From contig JAHDFW010000003.1 of the NCBI GenBank assembly GCA_020627945.1, positions 7,599 through 71,598 of the forward strand: 64,000 nt of DNA. The letters run 5' to 3'. Each line of letters starts with the position of its first letter. The stretch's first letter is position 1. The stretch comes from Cytophagales bacterium (GTDB taxonomy: Bacteria; Bacteroidota; Bacteroidia; Cytophagales; JAHDFW01). Below are positions 28,662 through 37,792 of this stretch, piece by piece. The notes beneath the pieces were generated by a model. The model searched no databases. It saw nothing but the letters and a program-made list of their open reading frames with translations, and was not told where the DNA came from. A program made the position numbers and the translations under genes.

Positions 28662-30545
28662 TCAGCGAACAATCTGAAGATAACCTCTAAACATTTTATC
28701 CTGATTTACGTTAGCAAGATCGAAAAAGTAAGTACCGTCTGGCAAATCGTCCCCTGACCAACGATTATTATATTGATCTGCATTAAAGACCATTTTCCCC
28801 CACCTGTTATAAACTCTAATGTTCCAACGATCTGGCTGAATTCCAGTTATTGCAAACTCATCGTTCATCATATCTCCGTTAGGAGTGATGATATTGGGTA
28901 AGTAGAATGGCTTTTCAATTCGAATAGTATCTAAATGTGAATTTTTACATCCTGTGATAGAATTGATTGCAATAAGTTCAACTTCGTATTCAACTTGATT
29001 ACCAAATTCGGGTAAATGATATACGTGCATGGGGTTAATAAGATTAGAACTGTCTCCATCACCAAAATCCCAATGAAATTCATTCGCATTGGAAGAGTAG
29101 TTTAGAAAAAACACATCCAAATTGGTATAATCATCGTCATTCATATAGCTAAAATCAACTATAGGCAATGGCTGAATAACCACATTTATACTCCCATCGG
29201 TAGAACAACCCGTAAATTTATCGGTAACCGTATAACTTACTGACATACTTGTATCTGGTGAGGCAAAAGGTGAAGTACAATTGGAGCAACTTAATATGTC
29301 TAAATCATCCCAAACAATATCATAACCTAGTGATCCCACCGGGTTGTTTAATTGTACTTCCTCCCCTTTACATACAGGTTGATCGGGTAAATTAAACTCA
29401 AATTCTTCCTCAATTACGTGCACTGCTTTGAAAATTGGTGGGAGAGCAGGACAATAGTTCAACACGAAAATCTCTACAGTTTCACCAGGGTCCACCAAAC
29501 TATCTTCAAATGGTTGAATAATAAGTACTGCGCTATCTTGAAAAGCAGGTATTACAATCGAATCAGGTATTAAAGCATAATCAACTCCATTTTTAGCTGA
29601 TCCACCAATTAAATAGTTTACCACAACTGGTTGAGACATATCTTGAGTTTCGAGGCCAATTCTGTGAAAAACAAAATAGCCGTCATTACACCCTTCTAAT
29701 GCATTACCATATTGCTCATGTTCTAATGATGTGGTAATTTTTTCATCCGATCCCTTAAAACTTCCTGCTTCAAGAAAAATTCCTGAATCAAAAATTCCAT
29801 CACCTTCATCAGCAATTATTAGTTTTATATGATATTTTTCACAAGGTTGAACCTCTATTCTTGCTTCCAAAAGTCTGGTAAAACCATCATATTGCATAGG
29901 ACCCACAAAAGGCGGCAATGCTCCGTTTCCATTAGCTACATAATAATTGGTGTTAGTTAGATGATTTACCGTAGATACTGAAACTGGGCTTGTAGTACCT
30001 GGTATTAATGCAATATTTGTTGTGTCTGGGATTCCTGGTCCACTAATAAAAAATCCAAATACATCATGATAGCTTCCGACAAATTCTGGATACTCTTCAG
30101 AACCAAAAACGTAATTAAAAGAGAGTTGATTAGAGTAAATGGCAATATCAAACTCAACTTTACACACGTCATAAAAGCGCCCATCTGACAACGTCGTATC
30201 TATTAATTTCATTAAGTCCGGATCAAATTGCTCCTCCTCAACATTGTTGACCCCTCTCCCGGTTCCATTATTTGGACCCACCGCAATATCTGCTGCACCA
30301 GTAGTAAGTAGAAGTCCTTCGTTAAGTCCAGTAACACCACTGGTATCCTGATATCTACCATAGGGAATATCAGCGTCTGAATTACAATCTGTTGTAATAT
30401 TCGAAATTTCAAGTCCAGTTCCTTCCAATTCCGCTACTAACTGTTCAAGACTAACGTTATTTTGAATAACGATCTGTCCATTAACATGGAGTACAGGAAA
30501 AAGAATTCCTAACAGCAAACAATATTTAATCCAGCGGAACAACAT
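28662..30545 (-). CDS. Choice-of-anchor-L / Calx-beta / PKD protein with T9SS type-B (gliding-motility CHU_C) sorting domain
   Basis: Signal peptide 'MLFRWIKYCLLLGILFPVLHVNGQ'. 'FGSEEYPEFVGSYHDVFGFFISGPG...DGFTRLL...IADEGDGIFDSGIFLEAGSF'. Calx-beta-like 'GGSAKNGVDYALIPDSIVIP'. PKD 'WDFGDGDSS'. C-terminus 'PNIITPNGDMMNDEF...VYNRWGKMVF'. Confidence 0.8.
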   Translation of the reverse strand: MLFRWIKYCLLLGILFPVLHVNGQIVIQNNVSLEQLVAELEGTGLEISNITTDCNSDADIPYGRYQDTSGVTGLNEGLLLTTGAADIAVGPNNGTGRGVNNVEEEQFDPDLMKLIDTTLSDGRFYDVCKVEFDIAIYSNQLSFNYVFGSEEYPEFVGSYHDVFGFFISGPGIPDTTNIALIPGTTSPVSVSTVNHLTNTNYYVANGNGALPPFVGPMQYDGFTRLLEARIEVQPCEKYHIKLIIADEGDGIFDSGIFLEAGSFKGSDEKITTSLEHEQYGNALEGCNDGYFVFHRIGLETQDMSQPVVVNYLIGGSAKNGVDYALIPDSIVIPAFQDSAVLIIQPFEDSLVDPGETVEIFVLNYCPALPPIFKAVHVIEEEFEFNLPDQPVCKGEEVQLNNPVGSLGYDIVWDDLDILSCSNCTSPFASPDTSMSVSYTVTDKFTGCSTDGSINVVIQPLPIVDFSYMNDDDYTNLDVFFLNYSSNANEFHWDFGDGDSSNLINPMHVYHLPEFGNQVEYEVELIAINSITGCKNSHLDTIRIEKPFYLPNIITPNGDMMNDEFAITGIQPDRWNIRVYNRWGKMVFNADQYNNRWSGDDLPDGTYFFDLANVNQDKMFRGYLQIVR

Positions 30546-30609
30546 CAATAATGTAGAATCAACGTAAAAATTTAGGATTATTATACGCAAACTTTGTTAT
30601 TTTGTTCGA

Positions 30610-31368
30610 ATGATTCAATTGTCGGTTGTAATAATTTCGTACAACGAAGAAAAAAACATTGGAAGATGTTTAGATTCGGTACTAGGCATTGCGGACGATA
30701 TTGTCGTGGTGGATTCTGGTTCAACCGATGCAACCATTGAAATTGCAACTCAAAAAGGAGCTCGAGTTATTCATCAGGATTTTCTTGGCCACATCGAACA
30801 AAAGAACTTTGCTATAACACACGCAAAATATCAACACATATTGTCATTGGATTCTGATGAAGCTCTTGACGAACAACTAAAAATCAGCATTTTAAAAGTA
30901 AAAAACAACTGGAATGCCGACGGTTATGTAATGAACAGGCTTACGAATTATTGTGGCAAATGGATCAGACATACAGGCTGGTATCCTGATAAAAAATTAC
31001 GTCTTTGGGACAGTAGCAAAGGTAAATGGACCGGAACTAATCCCCACGATAGATACGAAATGAAATCAGGAAGCTCAATCCAACACCTTAAAGGTGACCT
31101 TCTGCACTATTCATTTTATACCATTAATCAGCATTTGGAGCAAATTCGCTACTTCACAGATATCTCATCAAAGGCATTATTTGAAAAAGGTAAAAAAGCT
31201 ACGCTCCTTCATATTCTTTTTAGTCCTGTGGTCAAATTTATACGAGACTATATTATAAAAGCAGGTTTTTTAGATGGCTACTATGGTTTAATAATCAGTG
31301 TTAATTCTGCTCACGCCAAGTTTTTAAAGTACACGAAACTCCGCGCACTTTGGAAGGATGCGAAATAA
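30610..31368 (+). CDS. Family-2 glycosyltransferase (LPS-core WaaE/KdtX-like)
   Basis: 'LSVVIISYNEEKNIGRCLDS...DIVVVDSGSTDAT...LSLDSDEAL' (DxD-type). Confidence 0.8.
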   Translation: MIQLSVVIISYNEEKNIGRCLDSVLGIADDIVVVDSGSTDATIEIATQKGARVIHQDFLGHIEQKNFAITHAKYQHILSLDSDEALDEQLKISILKVKNNWNADGYVMNRLTNYCGKWIRHTGWYPDKKLRLWDSSKGKWTGTNPHDRYEMKSGSSIQHLKGDLLHYSFYTINQHLEQIRYFTDISSKALFEKGKKATLLHILFSPVVKFIRDYIIKAGFLDGYYGLIISVNSAHAKFLKYTKLRALWKDAK

Positions 31369-31369
31369 T

Positions 31370-32479
31370 ATGGCAGGCAAAATAAGAATATTACATCTTT
31401 CTTCGGAAAGATCTTGGCGGGGAGGAGAACAGCAAATCGCCTACTTAATTGATGAATTAACTGATAATCATAATGTTATCAATTTTGTAGCTTGCCGTAA
31501 GAAATCCGCGTTCGAGCAACATTGTAAGGACCACGGAATCAAAAATTTTACTCTTCCATTTGCCAACGAATTTGATATTTATACTGCTTGGAAAGTTCGA
31601 TCAATTTGTAAAAAAGAAAATATTGATATCGTACATATTCACAGTGGTCATTCCCATGCAATTGCTGTTTGGTCTTCCATTTTAGGTAATTCAAGCAAAC
31701 TCATTTTAAGCCGACGAGTGGATTTCCCGATAAAACGCAACTGGTTTTCTCGTTTCAAATACAACTATAGAGGTATTGCAAAAATCATTTGTGTTTCGGA
31801 AGCTATTCAGAAAATCATGGAGCAAGATTTAAAAGATCCTCGGAAGTGTCTAACGATTCACAGTGGGATTGACTTAAATCGATTTCAAAATATTGAAGTT
31901 AGTCCTGTTACTATTCAAGAGGAATTAAAAATACCTAAAGACCAAAAAATCGTTGCTAATATATCGGCAATTGCACCTCATAAAGATTACTTTACTTTTG
32001 TTGACACTGCCGAAAAAGTAATTAAAAAAAGAAAAAACACCACTTTTTTAATCGTTGGAGAAGGTCCTGAAAAAGCCTATATAGCTCGTTACATTTCAGA
32101 AAAAAAACTACAAAATAAGATTATATTAACAGGTTTTAGAAGAGATGTACCTAACTTATTTAGACAAATTGATGCCCTGCTGATTACTTCTAAAACCGAA
32201 GGGTTAGGAACCACAATCCTTGATGCATTTGCCAACAAAGTTCCAGTAATAGCAACCAATGCAGGAGGCATACCTGAAGCGATCGAGCATAAAATTACAG
32301 GTATGTTATCGGAAGTTGGAGATTCAGATAATTTAGCCCATAATATTATTGAAATTTTAGAAGACGAAACTTTAACAAAAGTGTTGACCGAAAATGGTTA
32401 TACAAAACTAAAAGAGCATTTTACTAAACAAACGACGGCTTTTAGAACTTTTCAGGTGTACCAAAAATGCCTTAAGTAA
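31370..32479 (+). CDS. GT-B fold glycosyltransferase (family 4/1)
   Basis: 'MAGKIRILHLSSERSWRGGEQQ'. C-terminus 'SKTEGLGTTILDAFANKVPVIATNAGGIPE' (EX7E-type). The start is moved to the ATG just after the upstream stop. Confidence 0.8.
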   Translation: MAGKIRILHLSSERSWRGGEQQIAYLIDELTDNHNVINFVACRKKSAFEQHCKDHGIKNFTLPFANEFDIYTAWKVRSICKKENIDIVHIHSGHSHAIAVWSSILGNSSKLILSRRVDFPIKRNWFSRFKYNYRGIAKIICVSEAIQKIMEQDLKDPRKCLTIHSGIDLNRFQNIEVSPVTIQEELKIPKDQKIVANISAIAPHKDYFTFVDTAEKVIKKRKNTTFLIVGEGPEKAYIARYISEKKLQNKIILTGFRRDVPNLFRQIDALLITSKTEGLGTTILDAFANKVPVIATNAGGIPEAIEHKITGMLSEVGDSDNLAHNIIEILEDETLTKVLTENGYTKLKEHFTKQTTAFRTFQVYQKCLK

Positions 32480-32585
32480 GTCCACTCAAAGTCTGGAAGC
32501 ATTTTGACTAGAAAAAGTTCTATTTTTCATTAGTAAATGCCTATATTTACTCATTGTTTATTAGCCGAATTGCATTATCTTAAGA

Positions 32586-35500
32586 ATGGGTCTATTAAGA
32601 GCATTAAGCATTGAAAAAGGTGAGGGTACATCTGTAGCTCTCATGATGGCGCAGTCATTTTTTCTGGGAGCGTTCATTATGACATTTCAGATTAGTGCTA
32701 ACGCCATGTTCTTGAAAGAGGTAGGTGGAGATTCACTTACGCTCGCATATTTGATATCTGGGATAATGGGTATGACCCTAACCTTGATTTTTTCTTTCCT
32801 CCAAAAACGAATTCCGTTTAGAATCCTTGCAATTGCGACATATTTAATTGTTGCTGTGTCCACGATCGGGCTTTGGTGGAGTTTTCATTATCATATTTTT
32901 TCCGATTATCACCTGGTATACTTTGTGTTCTTGATTGTAGGACCATTTATAGCGTTGGTAGCCTATATCACCTTCTGGGGTGTAATGGGTAGGATTTTTA
33001 ACCTAAAACAAGCTAAACGATTATTTGGTTTAATTGACTCTGGACAGATTCTAGCGATGATTCTGGTCTCTTTCGCAATCCCATTTTTAACTAACATTCT
33101 TCCAAATACAAAAGATTTGGTTCTCATAAGTGGGGCAAGTCTAGCAGTTGCGTTTTTTATTCAAATCATAGTTTCGTTTAAATATGGTTCTGAATTCGAT
33201 GCGGCCGAAAAAGCTAGCTCCGATGATGGTGGTGGTAGTGCTTCCGAAGCTAAAATTTCAAAATATCTGAAGAACCCATACATCGTGATGATGGCGCTAT
33301 TCGTTTTTATTTCGATGCTAGTGCAGTTTTTTGTTGAGTTCTCCTTCATGAAAACTGTAAACAATCAATATCCGGGGGAGCATGAATTAACAAACTTTTT
33401 CGGTTTCTTCATGGGTACATTACTGATTTTCAGTTTTGTATTTAAATCTTTCCTTTATGGTAAACTAATCCAAATGTATGGATTGAAGGTGAACCTACTT
33501 ATTTTGCCGATTGTATTAGTTTTCTTTACCGTTATTGCTGCCATAATGGGAACTTTAGACAGTTACGAAGGAGCTCCAAATACTTTCGTACTCTTCTTTA
33601 TGTTCATAATCTCCAGTAAGTTATTCGCACAATCTCTTAGGGTTTCAATTGAGGTTCCTGCGTTCAAAACTTTCTACCAACCACTGGATCGCGGGATCCG
33701 ATTCGATGTACAATCGAGAATTGATGGGTTCGTAAATGAGTTGTCAGCAACACTTGGAGGAGCTATTTTATGGATACTAGAATTGGCTGGTTTCAAATTA
33801 ATTCACTTTTCATGGCTATTGATTCCAATTATTGGCCTTTGGGCATATCTGACATTTAGACTTTATGATCGTTACCAAATCACTCTACGTGAATCTCTTT
33901 CCAACATTAAATCTGGTTTAAACAATGCGGGGGCTAAAGTAGCCCAAATGTTAGGTATTTCATCACTTCTTCAAAATCAAATATCTGCCTCAGATAAAGG
34001 TGATGCAATAAATGCCATTAAAATATCGAATCAACTCTCACCTGTATTGTACCTAGAGGCCCTTACACAGTCTTTGGAATCAAACAACACTGAGATAAGA
34101 AGTTTTGCCGCACAACAGCTAAACGCTAATAACGAATTTAGAACACTAAATACCGTCAAGGACAAAGTAGAATCGGAAAATCAAGAAGGAATTCGTTCTG
34201 AACTTTTTCATTTGATGGAAGAAGCTAATCAATATTCGAATAACAAAATCGATGACACCAGATTAATCAGAATGGCTCGCTCAAAGAAGAAGCAGGACAG
34301 AATTAATCTTTGCAAAATTTTAACTCTAGAGGCTTATAAAGAAAATAGAGGGATTTTGGCAGAACTGTTGCGTGACGTAGATCCGAAAGTACGTAAAGAG
34401 GCAATTATGTCTGTGGTTAAATTGAAAGAAGAAGAGTTATACCTTCCGATGATTGACAATTTGGCTAAAAATGAATACCGAAATAGTACTATTCATGCGA
34501 TTCTAGCACTGGGTAAAGATATATTAGAAGCACTTAACACCTCATTTTACAAAGCAGGTTTTAATGGTGATACACTAGTGTTAGTTGTCGATTTAATTGG
34601 AGAAATAAACGGAGAGAAGAGTCAGGATTATCTTGAAGAAAAACTTACCGTACCCGATATGCAAGTGGTAGATGCTGTAATGATTGCTCTACACAAATGT
34701 GGATATCAAGCTTCTGAAGAACAAAAAGGGAAAATTATTCAAGCTATTGATGACACAATTGGGGTAACCATGTGGAACTTCGCTTCATCAATTGAGGCAA
34801 AAAAACATAAATTAGGTCAGGATCTATCAGAAGCTATTAACCTTGAAATCAAGAGTAATTTTGATCATATATTTTTACTTCTGGGGTTAATCTATGATAC
34901 TCAGTCAATTAAACACATCAAGCAAAATATTGAAAGTGGAACAGCTGAGGGAATTAGTTTCGCCATTGAGTTGCTGGATATCTTTGTAGATGAACAATTA
35001 AAACAAAAGCTCTTCCCTATTTTAGATGATATTACGCCTGAAGAAAAGGTAAGTATACTGCAACCTTTTTATCCAAGGTTTGAATTAACTAAGGAAGAAT
35101 CCTTAAAAAGCATATTAAATCGAAGTTACACAGAAATTAACCGTTGGTCTCGAATTTGCGCGATCCAAAGTTATAAGGAGATGGAAAATGGAGCTATTTC
35201 CGACGATTTAGTGGCTCATATTTTCAACCCTGATTATGGTATCAGAGAAGCTGCAGGTTTAGCATTAAGGAAAATAGATCTTAAAAAATATCGCGAAGTA
35301 AGCTATAGATTAGAAGATCATGAAAGAGTTGAATTGAATGAAAAAGTTAATGACATTGAGCAGGGGAATGCATTAAGTATTTTTGAATTGGTGAAGATGC
35401 TTTTAGAAATTCCGGCACTATCTAACTGCTCGGGAAATCATTTGGTAGATCTAGCTGAACATATGAATCAGATGATTTATTTAGAAGGAGATGCAGTTCT

Positions 35501-35828
35501 AAGTTTGACCGAAAATGACAACAAGGATTTCTTAAAGGTAATCTGGAAAGGAAAAGTAAGCATTAAAGATACAGAAGGCAACCTGTTGAATTCATTCAAA
35601 CAGGGGGAAATATTCAGTAGCTATCAATTACAAGATTACCAAGGTAAGGGAGAGCTAAAAATGATTTGTGAACAAAACACCTCCGTTTATTCTTTAGATG
35701 GAGCTTATTTGTACCAACTACTAGTCGAAAATGACAAGTTAGCCAACGCAGTTCTACAAGTGTTAAACGGAAATGGGAAACTGGACAGCGACATAAAGAA
35801 TAATAATTTAGAATCAGTAGTCAGTTAA
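32586..35828 (+). CDS. Fusion protein: ~12-TM MFS-fold TLC/Npt-like transporter + HEAT repeats + C-terminal cNMP-binding-like beta-barrel
   Basis: 1080 aa. TM region of ~430 aa with a central loop 'SSDDGGGSASEAKISKYLKNPY', as in TLC nucleotide transporters. HEAT-like 'NTEIRSFAAQQL', 'DPKVRKEAIMSVVKL', 'DYGIREAAGLALRKI'. C-terminus 'MIYLEGDAVLS...IWKGKVSI...FKQGEIFS' is cNMP-like, but I see no clear R-[ST]-A phosphate-binding cassette. Confidence 0.65.
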   Translation: MGLLRALSIEKGEGTSVALMMAQSFFLGAFIMTFQISANAMFLKEVGGDSLTLAYLISGIMGMTLTLIFSFLQKRIPFRILAIATYLIVAVSTIGLWWSFHYHIFSDYHLVYFVFLIVGPFIALVAYITFWGVMGRIFNLKQAKRLFGLIDSGQILAMILVSFAIPFLTNILPNTKDLVLISGASLAVAFFIQIIVSFKYGSEFDAAEKASSDDGGGSASEAKISKYLKNPYIVMMALFVFISMLVQFFVEFSFMKTVNNQYPGEHELTNFFGFFMGTLLIFSFVFKSFLYGKLIQMYGLKVNLLILPIVLVFFTVIAAIMGTLDSYEGAPNTFVLFFMFIISSKLFAQSLRVSIEVPAFKTFYQPLDRGIRFDVQSRIDGFVNELSATLGGAILWILELAGFKLIHFSWLLIPIIGLWAYLTFRLYDRYQITLRESLSNIKSGLNNAGAKVAQMLGISSLLQNQISASDKGDAINAIKISNQLSPVLYLEALTQSLESNNTEIRSFAAQQLNANNEFRTLNTVKDKVESENQEGIRSELFHLMEEANQYSNNKIDDTRLIRMARSKKKQDRINLCKILTLEAYKENRGILAELLRDVDPKVRKEAIMSVVKLKEEELYLPMIDNLAKNEYRNSTIHAILALGKDILEALNTSFYKAGFNGDTLVLVVDLIGEINGEKSQDYLEEKLTVPDMQVVDAVMIALHKCGYQASEEQKGKIIQAIDDTIGVTMWNFASSIEAKKHKLGQDLSEAINLEIKSNFDHIFLLLGLIYDTQSIKHIKQNIESGTAEGISFAIELLDIFVDEQLKQKLFPILDDITPEEKVSILQPFYPRFELTKEESLKSILNRSYTEINRWSRICAIQSYKEMENGAISDDLVAHIFNPDYGIREAAGLALRKIDLKKYREVSYRLEDHERVELNEKVNDIEQGNALSIFELVKMLLEIPALSNCSGNHLVDLAEHMNQMIYLEGDAVLSLTENDNKDFLKVIWKGKVSIKDTEGNLLNSFKQGEIFSSYQLQDYQGKGELKMICEQNTSVYSLDGAYLYQLLVENDKLANAVLQVLNGNGKLDSDIKNNNLESVVS

Positions 35829-35836
35829 GAAGTAAG

Positions 35837-37789
35837 ATGAAAAGAACTACCATATTTAGTCAGCTGATTGTAAATATCATTATTCCAGTAACGATAGCTT
35901 TAGTAATCCTTGCTGTATTCTTTTTCCTGACGATTAAGTCCTTTATGCAGGCTAAAAATGTCACCAATAATAAGAATATCTCCAAGGAAATAAAAACGGT
36001 AATGAGATTCCAGGATTTATCGTTAAGTATGGTTGAAGAGGAACTAGGAGAAAAAATGCTTAGTGTAACTTCTCGATTGGTTAACGATTATTTTCTTATC
36101 ACGGATAGCATCGAACATGCTGATTTGAAAAAACTACAAAAGGAATTGAATATGGTTCCTGGACAGGAAGACATATATATCATTAATTTAGATGGTAAAA
36201 TTGTCAATTCTACTTTCGAAGATGACATTGGTTTTGAGTTTTTCAGTCTTGGAGAGAAGTATAAGCAATTTTTGCTTAATGTATTTAATGATGGACGATT
36301 TCATATGGATCGATTCTCACCTGAGGCTAAAACTAACAAACTTAAAAAATACTCATATAGGGCCACACAGGATGGGAAATACATTATTGAACTTGGCTTT
36401 TATTCTGAAAGTGCAAATCATGTGGTCAATCAAGCACGACGGGAAATAAACGGGTTGGATAGTGGGCATGCAAGTATTGAAAAAGTTGACCTGTTTTTTG
36501 GTAGTGAAAACCCTGTTTGTTTTAGTAATCCAGATGAAAAAATTAACGAAGAAAACATAAAAATATATCAAAGGGCATTGGAGAAAAAATCCAATATGGA
36601 ATTTGATAGGAACGACCTTCATTACGAATTCATTTATTTCTACCAGAGTAAATCTGAACTTTTCAAGCATGGAGTAATTCGTATTGTGTCTGATCGTAGC
36701 GCTGATAAAAAATCCTTAATCAGTCAATTAACATTGCTCTTAGTGATATTTGGTGCAGTTGTTATGATAGTATTCTTCCTTATTATTCGACGCTCAAAAG
36801 CGATTAGTAACCCTATCAAAAACCTGGCTACTAGCGTTACAAACATTTCTGATGGAGACCTAAGTGCTCGTACTGAAGTAGTAGGTAACAATGAGATCAC
36901 TACCCTATCTGAACAGTTTAACGAAATGCTTGAACGACTTCAGAAATCACATGATAGTCTAGAGCAAAAAGTAATAGAAAGAACAGCAGAAATCTTTACA
37001 CAAAAAGAGAAGATCGAAGCTCAAAACCATCAGATTACAGATAGTATAAGATATGCGAAACGTATTCAAACCGCTATCCTACCTTCCGATGAAGTACTAG
37101 AAAACAATATCAAGCAACACTTTGTTCTATTTAAACCTAGAGACATTGTAAGTGGTGATTTTTATTGGACTGGAAAACGTGATGGATTAGCCATTATTGT
37201 AGCTGCTGATTGTACTGGACACGGAGTCCCTGGAGCATTTATGAGTATGATTGGTAATACACTTCTAAATCAGATCGTAAACGAAAGAGGAATTACTAAA
37301 CCAAGTGATATCCTTTGGAATATGAGAAAGGAAATTCTTAACCTTCTTTCTCAAAAAGGAAGTAAAGCAGTAACAAAAAATAAAGATGGAATGGATATGT
37401 CCATCTGTACCATCAATTACGATACCCTAGAGGTGCAATATTCTGGTGCGAATAATCCTTTGTTCTACATAAGAGATGAAAAACTTACCGTAATTAAAGG
37501 AAGTCGCCAACCTGTAGGATCTCATATACTGGAAAATGAACCATTCGAAAACCACGAGCTTCAAATGAAGCCTGGAGATCGTATGTATATTTTCAGTGAT
37601 GGTTACCAAGACCAATACGGTGGAGATGAAAATAGGAAATTCATGGTAGGTCGTTTAAAGCGATTCTTCGTGGAAATCCATAAAAAGCCATTAGGTACTC
37701 AAAAAGAAATAATGAATCAGACCATCGAAGAATGGATGGCTGATAAAAAACAAATTGACGATATTCTAGTAATAGGAATTAAACTTTAG
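35837..37789 (+). CDS. Membrane sensor phosphatase: 2 TM + extracytoplasmic sensor domain + HAMP + PP2C/SpoIIE (RsbU-type) Ser/Thr phosphatase
   Basis: TM1 'LIVNIIIPVTIALVILAVFFFL'. TM2 'LTLLLVIFGAVVMIVFFLII'. HAMP 'NPIKNLATSVTNISDGDLSARTEVVGNNEITTLSEQFNEML'. PP2C motifs 'SGDFYW', 'DCTGHGVPGAFMSMIG', 'DGMDMS', 'FSDGYQDQ', 'DDILVIGIKL'. Confidence 0.85.
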   Translation: MKRTTIFSQLIVNIIIPVTIALVILAVFFFLTIKSFMQAKNVTNNKNISKEIKTVMRFQDLSLSMVEEELGEKMLSVTSRLVNDYFLITDSIEHADLKKLQKELNMVPGQEDIYIINLDGKIVNSTFEDDIGFEFFSLGEKYKQFLLNVFNDGRFHMDRFSPEAKTNKLKKYSYRATQDGKYIIELGFYSESANHVVNQARREINGLDSGHASIEKVDLFFGSENPVCFSNPDEKINEENIKIYQRALEKKSNMEFDRNDLHYEFIYFYQSKSELFKHGVIRIVSDRSADKKSLISQLTLLLVIFGAVVMIVFFLIIRRSKAISNPIKNLATSVTNISDGDLSARTEVVGNNEITTLSEQFNEMLERLQKSHDSLEQKVIERTAEIFTQKEKIEAQNHQITDSIRYAKRIQTAILPSDEVLENNIKQHFVLFKPRDIVSGDFYWTGKRDGLAIIVAADCTGHGVPGAFMSMIGNTLLNQIVNERGITKPSDILWNMRKEILNLLSQKGSKAVTKNKDGMDMSICTINYDTLEVQYSGANNPLFYIRDEKLTVIKGSRQPVGSHILENEPFENHELQMKPGDRMYIFSDGYQDQYGGDENRKFMVGRLKRFFVEIHKKPLGTQKEIMNQTIEEWMADKKQIDDILVIGIKL

Positions 37790-37792
37790 CGG

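Noticed and set aside
35400-35780. C-terminal domain of the transporter fusion, considered as a bona fide cAMP/cGMP sensor.
   Set aside because: The strand pattern looks cNMP-like, but I cannot find the conserved Arg-Ser/Thr-Ala phosphate-binding cassette. It is therefore called only 'cNMP-binding-like', and the ligand is left open.
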